NCBI GenBank assembly: GCA_043807785.1
Contig: JAZDFO010000066.1
Location: 1 to 33,486 of the forward strand
Origin: Candidatus Micrarchaeota archaeon
GTDB taxonomy: Archaea > Micrarchaeota > Micrarchaeia > Norongarragalinales > SBBD01
Direction of reading: 5' to 3'
Length of the DNA: 33,486 nucleotides
Positions 7,433 through 14,688 of this stretch are shown piece by piece. Numbering within the stretch: the stretch's first letter is position 1; each line of letters starts with the position of its first letter. Under the pieces are notes generated by a model. The model saw only the letters and a list, made by a program, of their open reading frames with translations, did not search any database and was not told the DNA's origin. A program made the position numbers and the translations under genes.

Positions 7433-8536
7433 TTAGGTATGCTCATCACCCCGCAAGACTGCCTTATGAAGCCGTTGCGCCTTAATTTTTTGAGTAAAGT
7501 TGATTTTATTGTAAAACTGACGCACATCATATTTTCGGTTAACGATAATCCCGCGCACCACTCGTTCACAATCACCAACATGGTATCGCCGTGCAACATA
7601 TGGCCGCGTCGATACTATTCCGAAGTCAGCAAGCAATTTTCGGATATCCTCCAAATACAGAATAAAATCCAAGTCAATAGAATTTGCCCGGGTAAAATGC
7701 AGGTTGACATTCCTTGCAGCGTAATTCTCCGAATAGAGCACGGAGCCGTCATCGTCGAAAAGAGCCTGCAAAAAGGCTTTCTTCAATTCCATCGTACCGG
7801 CCATTATCCAATCTGGGACGCTGAGGATGGAAAACACCTTCCTCCCACGCGGAGCGCCGGCAATTTCAAGGATGCGGCCGACAAGCGAGGAGAAACTGAC
7901 TTTGCACGTTCCGTCACCATTCGACCCGGAATAAGTCGGAAAAGAGTGAAAAACAGCCTCGACATCAGTTTTAACCCTCTCAATCAGTTGCAGGTCGCCG
8001 TTGACGTAGTCGAACTCCGCCTTCTTCGAGCTGATATTCCCGTCTCCAAAGCAATGCCCCACCAATCCTGCCAATGCAACAGATTCAATTATTGGAAAAT
8101 GCACGAAAACCTTGCCGCCTCGACTGGAAATTATTTTTAAAACCCGTGATTCGGCATCAATACAAGAAAGCCCGTGCAATGACAAGAGCTTTTTCAAAGT
8201 CGAAAGCCGGATCCCGTGCCGGCCATTTTTAAGGTGATAAAAGTAAGACTTTGAAACGCCCAATTGAACAGGCGCAGAATTGTAGTCTAGGCTCTCGAAG
8301 AGGCTGCGCCTAAACCCGTCGTCCAGCTTTATAATAAAATCTTCCGGCAAGTCAGCCAAATGTATTTCCATAGGCGCAACCGAGCATTTCAAATGCAATA
8401 AAATATCCGCACACGGATAACCACGCGGCAGAATAAACGATTTTCGAAACCTCGTTTCCGGTGCGCTGGTGAGCGCAAAGCTGCCCTCACTACCGCTGCC
8501 GATGACAAGCACCTTGCGCACTCCGGCGGGGTTCAT
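7433..8536 (-). CDS. Double-motif LAGLIDADG homing endonuclease with an HTH-like N-domain. As drawn it is fused in frame to a relic of the carB start (MNPAGVRKVLVIGSG). An independent start at Met 8371 (MEIHLADL) is plausible.
   Basis: Two LAGLIDADG motifs are present: ALAGLVGHCFGDGNI and KAFLQALFDDDGSV. The body is visibly AT-richer than its flanks. The minus strand reads ATATTTTATTGC at about 8395-8406, roughly 30 nt upstream of ATG 8371. The stop codon is at 7433-7435, 10 nt before the carB ATG at 7422. Confidence 0.85.
   Translation of the reverse strand: MNPAGVRKVLVIGSGSEGSFALTSAPETRFRKSFILPRGYPCADILLHLKCSVAPMEIHLADLPEDFIIKLDDGFRRSLFESLDYNSAPVQLGVSKSYFYHLKNGRHGIRLSTLKKLLSLHGLSCIDAESRVLKIISSRGGKVFVHFPIIESVALAGLVGHCFGDGNISSKKAEFDYVNGDLQLIERVKTDVEAVFHSFPTYSGSNGDGTCKVSFSSLVGRILEIAGAPRGRKVFSILSVPDWIMAGTMELKKAFLQALFDDDGSVLYSENYAARNVNLHFTRANSIDLDFILYLEDIRKLLADFGIVSTRPYVARRYHVGDCERVVRGIIVNRKYDVRQFYNKINFTQKIKAQRLHKAVLRGDEHT
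8492..8518 (-). repeat. Distal copy of the duplicated carB start segment (CGCAAGGTGCTTGTCATCGGCAGCGGT)
   Basis: See 7393..7419. This copy uses G/C-ending codons like the rest of the host genes, and it follows an ATG (8536) that overlaps the preceding stop codon as ATGA. Confidence 0.85.
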
Positions 8537-9063
8537 GAGGGGTTCCCCCGGCCTATTCGCTTGCGCTCCAATTCTTCCAACCGTTTGATACCAGCTGTAA
8601 AAGAATGGCGCGTGGATAGCCCCAGAGTGTGGTTCAAATAATCGAGCATGCCGGTTTTCGGGTCATGCACGGCAAGCCCGCCGGGATGTAATTTTTCGAG
8701 ATGCCGGTATACCGCCCTTAACAAATCACGGGCTATCCCCGCTTTTCTCTCGTAATCGTAGAATTTGCGAGGACCCGATTCCAAAGTCGGCTCATAGGGG
8801 TAGAAGATGGAAAAAACAAATTCGTTAGGAGGATCATTGCGCACTACAACGTGCCCCATCCGGTCCCCTAGAGTTGCCGTTTTCTCAATCATCAGCCTCT
8901 CAAGTGCTGGATTTGAGAAGAAGGCTACTGCGGATGGAGGAAGCGATTTTTCGCGGGCAAATATTGTCGTGAACTTGTAAGCACGCACAATACCCTGGGA
9001 GCCCAATCTTTCGAGTACCACCGCTAGCCCGAGCCGCCCAATGTCCTCAATTTCTCTCTTCAT
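8533..9063 (-). CDS. Hypothetical 176-aa protein wedged between carA and the carB-start relic
   Basis: This is the in-frame Met (MKREIEDIGRLG...) of ORF 8533..9159. Its ATG overlaps the carA stop as ATGA (9063-9060), and its TGA overlaps the next ATG as ATGA (8536-8533). I recognise no domain. The stretch KAGIARDLLRAVYRHLEK is only weakly reminiscent of an acyltransferase motif. Confidence 0.55.
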   Translation of the reverse strand: MKREIEDIGRLGLAVVLERLGSQGIVRAYKFTTIFAREKSLPPSAVAFFSNPALERLMIEKTATLGDRMGHVVVRNDPPNEFVFSIFYPYEPTLESGPRKFYDYERKAGIARDLLRAVYRHLEKLHPGGLAVHDPKTGMLDYLNHTLGLSTRHSFTAGIKRLEELERKRIGRGNPS

Positions 9064-10166
9064 AGCATTTTCACGAAGTCGTCGAAAAGGTAGTTTGCGT
9101 CTGCCGGGCCGCACGAGCCCTCGGGGTGGAACTGGCACGAAAATACCGGCAGCTCGCAATGGCGCAGGCCCTCGTTGGTGCCATCGTTGCAGTCCTCGAA
9201 GGTCGGCTTGACTCCCTGGGGCAAATCCTTGACGGCGTAGCCGTGATTCTGCGATGTGATGAAAATCCGTCCCGTCTCAAGGTTTCGCACCGCGTGGTTT
9301 GCGCCGCGGTGGCCGAATTTCAGCTTGTAAGTCGACGCGCCCAAGGCGTGCGCGAGAAGCTGGTGCCCAAGGCATATGCCGAATACGGGCATTTTCTTCA
9401 ATAGTCCGCGCACGGTGGAAATGGTTGGCGCAAGCAGCGCCGGGTCGCCCGGGCCGTTGGAGACAAGCAGCCCGTCCGGCTCGCTTTTTAAAATGTCTTC
9501 GCCGGATGCGTCGAATGGAAACAGCTCGACGGCGACATTCCTTGCAAGCAATTGGCGCACGATGCTTTCCTTTACCCCGCAGTTGATGAGCGCTACCTTC
9601 TTGGACCAGCCCTCCGGCTCGCGCAAGGACCTTTCCTTGCACGACACCTGCCCGACGAAGTTGATGCCGCCGTAGTCGTAGGAACGGATTTTTTCTAGCG
9701 CGCGGCTCGCAGCCTCGGCTGCGCTTTCGGATGGTTGCAGCGGCATCACTGCTGCGGGCATGACGCCTTTCTCGCGCACCCGCAGCACGATGTCGCGCGT
9801 GTCAACGCCGCAGATGCCGGGTATTCCGTGGCTCGAGAGGAATTCGCCAAAGCCCTGCGTTGACTTCGGATGGCAAGAGAACGACGAAACCTCCCTTGCG
9901 ACAACGGCGCGCAAGTGCGGCTTGGCCGATTCAAGCCATTCGCCGGAGATTCCGTAATTTCCCACGAGTGGGTAGGAAAAAGCGAGGATTTGGCCGGCAT
10001 ACGAAGGGTCGGTGACGGCTTCGGGGTAGCCGGTCATGGCGGTGGAAAAGACGAGCTCGCCGACGGATTCGGCAACTGCACCGAATTGGCTGCCCTCGTA
10101 GACGGAACCGTCACAGAGGGCCAATATGGCGCGTTGCGCACTGGATACTGGCGGGGTCGGCTTCAT
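9060..10166 (-). CDS. carA: Carbamoyl-phosphate synthase small subunit (glutamine amidotransferase)
   Basis: Class-I GATase nucleophile elbow FGICLGHQLL, the His/Glu region CQFHPEG, and 368 aa. Confidence 0.95.
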   Translation of the reverse strand: MKPTPPVSSAQRAILALCDGSVYEGSQFGAVAESVGELVFSTAMTGYPEAVTDPSYAGQILAFSYPLVGNYGISGEWLESAKPHLRAVVAREVSSFSCHPKSTQGFGEFLSSHGIPGICGVDTRDIVLRVREKGVMPAAVMPLQPSESAAEAASRALEKIRSYDYGGINFVGQVSCKERSLREPEGWSKKVALINCGVKESIVRQLLARNVAVELFPFDASGEDILKSEPDGLLVSNGPGDPALLAPTISTVRGLLKKMPVFGICLGHQLLAHALGASTYKLKFGHRGANHAVRNLETGRIFITSQNHGYAVKDLPQGVKPTFEDCNDGTNEGLRHCELPVFSCQFHPEGSCGPADANYLFDDFVKML

Positions 10167-10295
10167 GAAGAATCAGGAGGAATTGCTGCGGATTCGGGTT
10201 TATTAAACGATTGGCCGGGATGGTTGGGGATTGCGGCGGGCTTGGCAGGCGCCTCAAGCAAAACGCTTTTTATAGCCTTGCGCGGTTATGCAGGC

Positions 10296-10988
10296 ATGCT
10301 GTTCGTCGACCACGCGCTCAAGCTCCTTGCCAAATTGTTCCGCGTAGTAAACCAGCGCAGCTCGGTCATCATCACCTTCCTGTTTGTTGCCCCTGCCACC
10401 GTCTTCTGGTTTCGGACCGTTTGGCTTGAGCAGCCGTTCACTTCGCAGGTCGTCGCGGTCTACAGCCTCGTGTTCTTGCCGTTTTTGCTCTACAAGGCGC
10501 TGCTGTATTTCTTCCTGGCGCTCTTCGACGGCGTCGTCGTCTTCTTCGCGGGCTACTCGAAGGACTTCGACGTGGACTTCGAGAAGGTGCGCGCGAGGGT
10601 CACGAAAATCCTCTCGGACAAGGACGTGAAATACCAGTCCCTGGAGAACCTCGCGCTCGGCGGCGAAAAGAGCATTCTTGACCGGCTCCGCGGCATCCTG
10701 AGGATAAAATACCCGCTGATTTTCGTCTGCGCGGACGAGCCGTTCATCGTCATCAAGATTTTCAGGTCCATCTGGTCGCCGAGAATCGGCCGCCTGATGA
10801 ACCAGATTACGCACAAGGAGGCGATTTCGGTGAAAATCTTCTTCGCCGAAGACCCAAAGGCAACCGTCCTGGCCAAGATGATAATGAATTCGCTTGAAGT
10901 GCTCAAGGCCGAAGAGCAAGACGCCGAAAAGGGGGATGCGCCCGCACAAGACCTCAGCAGTGCAATCGAGAGGTCGCAAAAAAGGTAG
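10296..10988 (+). CDS. Membrane protein (N-terminal TM helices plus a soluble domain of about 130 aa); paralog of the next gene
   Basis: This is the internal Met of ORF 9870..10988; the upstream part of that ORF is antisense to carA. CTTTTTATAGCC lies about 27 nt upstream of the ATG. Hydrophobic stretches are SVIITFLFVAPATVFWF and VVAVYSLVFLPFLLYKALLYFFLALFDGVVVFFAG. Confidence 0.6.
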   Translation: MLFVDHALKLLAKLFRVVNQRSSVIITFLFVAPATVFWFRTVWLEQPFTSQVVAVYSLVFLPFLLYKALLYFFLALFDGVVVFFAGYSKDFDVDFEKVRARVTKILSDKDVKYQSLENLALGGEKSILDRLRGILRIKYPLIFVCADEPFIVIKIFRSIWSPRIGRLMNQITHKEAISVKIFFAEDPKATVLAKMIMNSLEVLKAEEQDAEKGDAPAQDLSSAIERSQKR

Positions 10989-10998
10989 GACAACGCGC

Positions 10999-11580
10999 AT
11001 GGGCCTGTTAAACATCACCGCCAAGGCAAGCAGGGCAATCAATTCAAGGCCCGCGACAATCGTGCTCGTAGTCTTGGGCATCGTCGCTTGCATACTCCTG
11101 TTCCCGCGGCTTTACGCCGACGGCGGGATTTCGAGGAAAGAGGCGCTGGGCGAGGCGGTGGTGGTATTCGTGCCGCTTCTTTTTGCCAAGCTGCTCAACC
11201 TCCTGCTCCTTTCGTTCTCGGACTTCGCCCTCTCGCGCAGCCCGGAAAAACGCATCACGCAAGCCAGCACCGCAAAGGCAAAGGCGCGCATTTTCCGCAT
11301 ACTGGCGGAAAGGAAAAACAAGTACTGCTTTTTGGATTCGGTCACGCTCGGCAGCGAAAGGCACCTGCTCTCCGCGGCAAGGAAAATCGCAAAAGCCTTC
11401 GGGGCCAACAACGAGCCGCCGTCCATAATCATGTGCGAGGACCCGTTCGTGCTCATCAGGGTAAGCGCGTCTTGGCGGCCCGGCACGCACGAGGAATGCA
11501 CGATGCTGCACATGCATTCATCGGACGCAAGGGGCCATGTGCTCTCAAAGCTCATCTCAAGCTCGCTTGAAACAGCCTGA
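10999..11580 (+). CDS. Membrane protein, paralog of 10296..10988
   Basis: Start taken at MGLLNITAK. It has the same architecture as its neighbour and aligns by eye: KARIFRILAERKNKYCFLDSVTLGSERHLL...IIMCEDPFVLIRV against RARVTKILSDKDVKYQSLENLALGGEKSIL...LIFVCADEPFIVIKI. Confidence 0.6.
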   Translation: MGLLNITAKASRAINSRPATIVLVVLGIVACILLFPRLYADGGISRKEALGEAVVVFVPLLFAKLLNLLLLSFSDFALSRSPEKRITQASTAKAKARIFRILAERKNKYCFLDSVTLGSERHLLSAARKIAKAFGANNEPPSIIMCEDPFVLIRVSASWRPGTHEECTMLHMHSSDARGHVLSKLISSSLETA

Positions 11581-11671
11581 AAGCCAGCCGCTTGACCCGC
11601 CGCAAAATCAACCACGGGTTAATCCAGGTTATACCAGACAATTATTAGCCTGCGGGCGCAAAAAAAGGCGC

Positions 11672-13033
11672 ATGGGGCACCCGGGCTGGGAATTCACCTG
11701 CGCAGGCGGCGCGCAATATTGCGCCGGCGAGAGCCTGCGCCTTTCGCAGGCCGAAAGCGAGGTCCTTGCGGCTGCGCTCAAAATCCACCTGGAGGCAGGC
11801 GACGGGGAAAAAAGCCGCGGCACGCATTGGGCACTCCTGCAGGCGTGCAAGGCGCGCAGGCTGGCGCTGGGCAGGGAAAGGGCCTCGGCAGTTGAAACCG
11901 CAATGGAAATGGCGCTCTGCGGCACTGGAATCCTGGGAAAGCTCATCGAAGACGACGCCATCGAGGAAATCAGCGTAATCGGCGCCAACAAGCCAGTGCG
12001 CGTCTATCTGCGCGGCCGCGGATGGAGGCTCACCGACGTGGCGCTCACCTCCGAGGAATTCGCGGTCAGCGCGGTAAACCGCCTCGCGCGGCCGCTTGGC
12101 CGCAGGCTCACGTATTCGACGCCGAGGCTCAACGCAGCAATGGGGCGCATGCGCATCCACGCGAGCATGCCCCCGGCGTCGCGCGAAATAGAAATAACGA
12201 TACGGAAATTCACCGCCGAGCCGTTCTCCATGCCGTCGCTTATCCGCTGCGGGATGATAAGCGCGCGCGCAGCAGCATTCCTTTGGCTTGTCGCGGCAGC
12301 CGACTCCTCCGTATTAATCGCCGGCAACACCGGCAGCGGCAAGACCACGCTGCTCAACGCGATTTTCTCCTTCGTGCCTGCGCAGGAGCGCGTAATCGCA
12401 ATCGAGGAGACGCCGGAAATGCAGGTGCCGCAGGAGCACTGCGTGAGGCTGCTTGCAAGCGAAAAGCTCGGCATCAGCATGCAGTCGCTGGTGCAGGACA
12501 GCCTGCGCATGAGGCCCGACCGGGTGGCAATCGGCGAAGTCCGCACGCCACAGGAGACGCGCGCACTCATGGACTCGCTCTTATCAGGCCAGGCAAAGGC
12601 CGCCTACGCGACTTTCCACGCCAACTCCGCTGCCGAGGCGCTCACAAGGCTTGCGGCGCTCGGGGCATTGGAAAGCGAGCTGGATTCGATAAAGTGCATC
12701 GTAGTTTGCAGGCGCGCGACGCTGCTGGGCGGCAAGGCATCCGGAAAGGGGGCAACGGAGGAGAGGAAGGTTACTGAAATTGCGGAAGTCGCCCAAGGCA
12801 AGGCCGTAAGCCTCTACACTGCGGATGGTTCAATGCTCAAGCCCACCAAGGCCCTAAATTCAAGCAAGCTCCTCTCCTCACTCGAAGCAAATTACGGGAG
12901 GGGCAGGCGATGGATGCTTGAAGAAATCAGGGAAAGGGCGGATTTTCTCGGCAAGCTCGCAGCCAAGCCCATTCCTTACAGGGAAGCGAACAAGGCGATT
13001 TGGGAGAGGAAAGAAGCGCTACCAGGCGACTGA
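11672..13033 (+). CDS. Type II/IV secretion-family ATPase (PilB/FlaI/VirB11/CpaF superfamily)
   Basis: Walker A is LIAGNTGSGKTTLLNA. The Asp box is RVIAIEETPEM, Walker B is MRPDRVAIGEVR and the His box is ATFHANS. Start chosen at Met 11672. Confidence 0.85.
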   Translation: MGHPGWEFTCAGGAQYCAGESLRLSQAESEVLAAALKIHLEAGDGEKSRGTHWALLQACKARRLALGRERASAVETAMEMALCGTGILGKLIEDDAIEEISVIGANKPVRVYLRGRGWRLTDVALTSEEFAVSAVNRLARPLGRRLTYSTPRLNAAMGRMRIHASMPPASREIEITIRKFTAEPFSMPSLIRCGMISARAAAFLWLVAAADSSVLIAGNTGSGKTTLLNAIFSFVPAQERVIAIEETPEMQVPQEHCVRLLASEKLGISMQSLVQDSLRMRPDRVAIGEVRTPQETRALMDSLLSGQAKAAYATFHANSAAEALTRLAALGALESELDSIKCIVVCRRATLLGGKASGKGATEERKVTEIAEVAQGKAVSLYTADGSMLKPTKALNSSKLLSSLEANYGRGRRWMLEEIRERADFLGKLAAKPIPYREANKAIWERKEALPGD

Positions 13034-14029
13034 CTCGGCGTCGATGCGCGCGCGCTGGGAAGGCAGGCGGCGCAAGCCGATGCGCTTGGATAACTGGAAC
13101 AGCCCGGCCAAGGCTATCATGCCACCGTTGTCCCCGCAGTATTCCAATGGCGCGGCCCCGAAGCGCGCGTTGTGCTCTTTGGCAGCCAACGCGAGCATTG
13201 CCGAAAGCCTCTTGTTGCGCGCGTTCCCGCCAACCAAAAGCAGTTCCTTGGCGCCGTAAACGGAGAGAGCCTTCTCGGCGCACTCGCATATCATGGAAAA
13301 AGCCGTCTCCTGCACGGAATAGCAAAGGTCTGGCGGTGAAGCGACTGCCTTTTGGGATGCGGTAAGGAGTCCCGAAAACGACATGTTCATTCCCTTCACG
13401 CTATAGGGCAGCGGCACGAGGTTGCGGCCCTTGCGCGCCGCCTCGAGCACGCCCACCGCGTCAGGGGGTGAAAGCGAGAGGTTCCTGCCGACCAAATCGA
13501 GCATGTTTCCCGCGCCGATGTCAAGCGTTTCCCCGACGATTTGGTAATGCCGTTTCCCGGGCTTGCCGCCCAGGCGGAGAATCTGCGTGTTGCCGCCGGA
13601 AACATACGCCACGACTGGGGCGCGCATGCGGGTGAAAAAGCGGCCGACTTCCGCGTGCGCCAGCGCGTGGTTGACGCCAACGAGGGGAATGCCCAGCGAT
13701 TCACAAAGCGTTTTGGCGGCGACAAAGCCGACGTGAAGCGAGTGCCCCAGGCCCGGGCCGTAAGAGTAAGCCACGGCATCCAAATCGCGGGGCTTTATTG
13801 ACGCCTTGTCGAGTGCGCGCAAGGCCACTTCCTTGAAGTGCTTTGCATGGTGGTCGGCGAGCTTGCGGGGAATGAACCCCTCGCGCAGGGAAGGGTATTT
13901 CGCGGACTCATTGGAGAGAATGCGCGTCGATTTGCCAAACGGCGCGGACATGCTTCCCCTCGCTACCCCGACGCCAAGCGTGTGAGCAGTGCATTCGATT
14001 CCCAATACGAGGCGTGATGAGGTTTTCAT
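13019..14029 (-). CDS. kae1: Kae1/TsaD-family tRNA N6-adenosine threonylcarbamoyltransferase
   Basis: N-terminal LVLGIECTAHTLGVGV, the metal-binding region GVNHALAHAE, and YVSGGNTQ. Start set at MKTSSRLVLGIE (14029) rather than at the track start 14050. Confidence 0.9.
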   Translation of the reverse strand: MKTSSRLVLGIECTAHTLGVGVARGSMSAPFGKSTRILSNESAKYPSLREGFIPRKLADHHAKHFKEVALRALDKASIKPRDLDAVAYSYGPGLGHSLHVGFVAAKTLCESLGIPLVGVNHALAHAEVGRFFTRMRAPVVAYVSGGNTQILRLGGKPGKRHYQIVGETLDIGAGNMLDLVGRNLSLSPPDAVGVLEAARKGRNLVPLPYSVKGMNMSFSGLLTASQKAVASPPDLCYSVQETAFSMICECAEKALSVYGAKELLLVGGNARNKRLSAMLALAAKEHNARFGAAPLEYCGDNGGMIALAGLFQLSKRIGLRRLPSQRARIDAESVAW

Positions 14030-14103
14030 GCTGTAACCATGCACCGTCAAAGTTGGTCAAGATGAACCGGGTTAATATAGGTCAACCCACGCATTTTTTG
14101 CAT

Positions 14104-14532
14104 ATGAAAATCATTTACAAACAGGTTCAAACAATCAACGAATTTATCGACGCAATCAGGTTAAGGGCCGATGTTTTTATTAAAGAACAGGGGTTTCAAC
14201 CCGGATGGGAACCCGATGAGGATGACAAGAAGTCCGTTCATTATATAGCAATATGCGGCGGGAAGGTTGTCTCAACTGCGCGGCATAGGGAAACTGCGAA
14301 GGGAGAGATTAAGATTGAGCGTATGGCCACAGCTAAAGATTACAGGGGAAAAAATATCGGCAGGGGGCTGGTTGTTTTCATGATTGATGAAATCAAAACG
14401 CTTGGGCCGAAACGAATCTGGTTAAGAAGCCAGGTCCAATCACAGAAGTTCTACGAAAAATGCGGGTTTGCCGCCGTTTCAAAGCCATTCGACCAATGGG
14501 GAGTCCCGCACATAGACATGGAACATGCATAG
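14104..14532 (+). CDS. GNAT-family N-acetyltransferase (AT-rich insert)
   Basis: GNAT motif A is YRGKNIGRGLVVFMIDE, with C-terminal KFYEKCGF. This is the internal Met (MKIIYKQ) of ORF 14014..14532. G+C is visibly lower than in the flanks. Confidence 0.85.
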   Translation: MKIIYKQVQTINEFIDAIRLRADVFIKEQGFQPGWEPDEDDKKSVHYIAICGGKVVSTARHRETAKGEIKIERMATAKDYRGKNIGRGLVVFMIDEIKTLGPKRIWLRSQVQSQKFYEKCGFAAVSKPFDQWGVPHIDMEHA

Positions 14533-14539
14533 GCAGGCA

Positions 14540-14603
14540 GGTTCCCTTCAATTGCCGACGCGACCAGCGCGTAGGCAGTGCATTCGATTCCAAGGACGAG
14601 CAT
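14540..14603 (-). pseudogene. Orphan relic of the kae1 5' end (MLVLGIECTAYALVASAIEGN...)
   Basis: The 17-nt core GCAGTGCATTCGATTCC at 14575-14591 is identical to 13986-14002 in the live kae1 gene. The ATG at 14603 gives MLVLGIECTA, after which the sequence diverges. Confidence 0.6.
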
Positions 14604-14688
14604 GGGCGACCGGACAAAGCAATGCGGCGCGGGGTTATAAAATCGTTGCCGCAGTAATTGTTCGCTTCAAGCGGGGGGAAAACGGAGG

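Noticed and set aside
7351-7599. The 82-aa track ORF and the truncated-looking 1019-aa carB ORF suggest that carB is a 5'-truncated pseudogene.
   Set aside because: Only the last 19 codons of the 82-aa ORF are real coding sequence (carB exon 1). The rest is antisense or out-of-frame overlap with the LAGLIDADG gene. Exon 1 plus exon 2 give a full-length CarB once the 30 nt are removed. A pseudogene remains the fallback if no splicing occurs.
7393-8487. The whole endonuclease region could be one large BHB intron joining the distal GSG codon to PIVIGQ.
   Set aside because: The sequences at the two putative boundaries are direct repeats (GGCAGCGGT on both sides), not complementary. I could not build a bulge-helix-bulge from them.
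7433-8536. The LAGLIDADG ORF in carB could be an intein.
   Set aside because: There is no Cys/Ser-initiated block A and no terminal His-Asn followed by Cys/Ser/Thr. The ORF ends in a stop codon, and carB resumes 10 nt later in another frame with its own ATG. The residue that would follow an excised intein is Pro. The carB start segment is duplicated rather than interrupted.
9870-10295. The N-terminal 142 codons of track ORF 9870..10988 would extend the membrane-protein gene.
   Set aside because: That portion is antisense to carA and reads as low-complexity sequence. An internal Met at 10296 has a TATA-like box about 27 nt upstream and begins the hydrophobic region.
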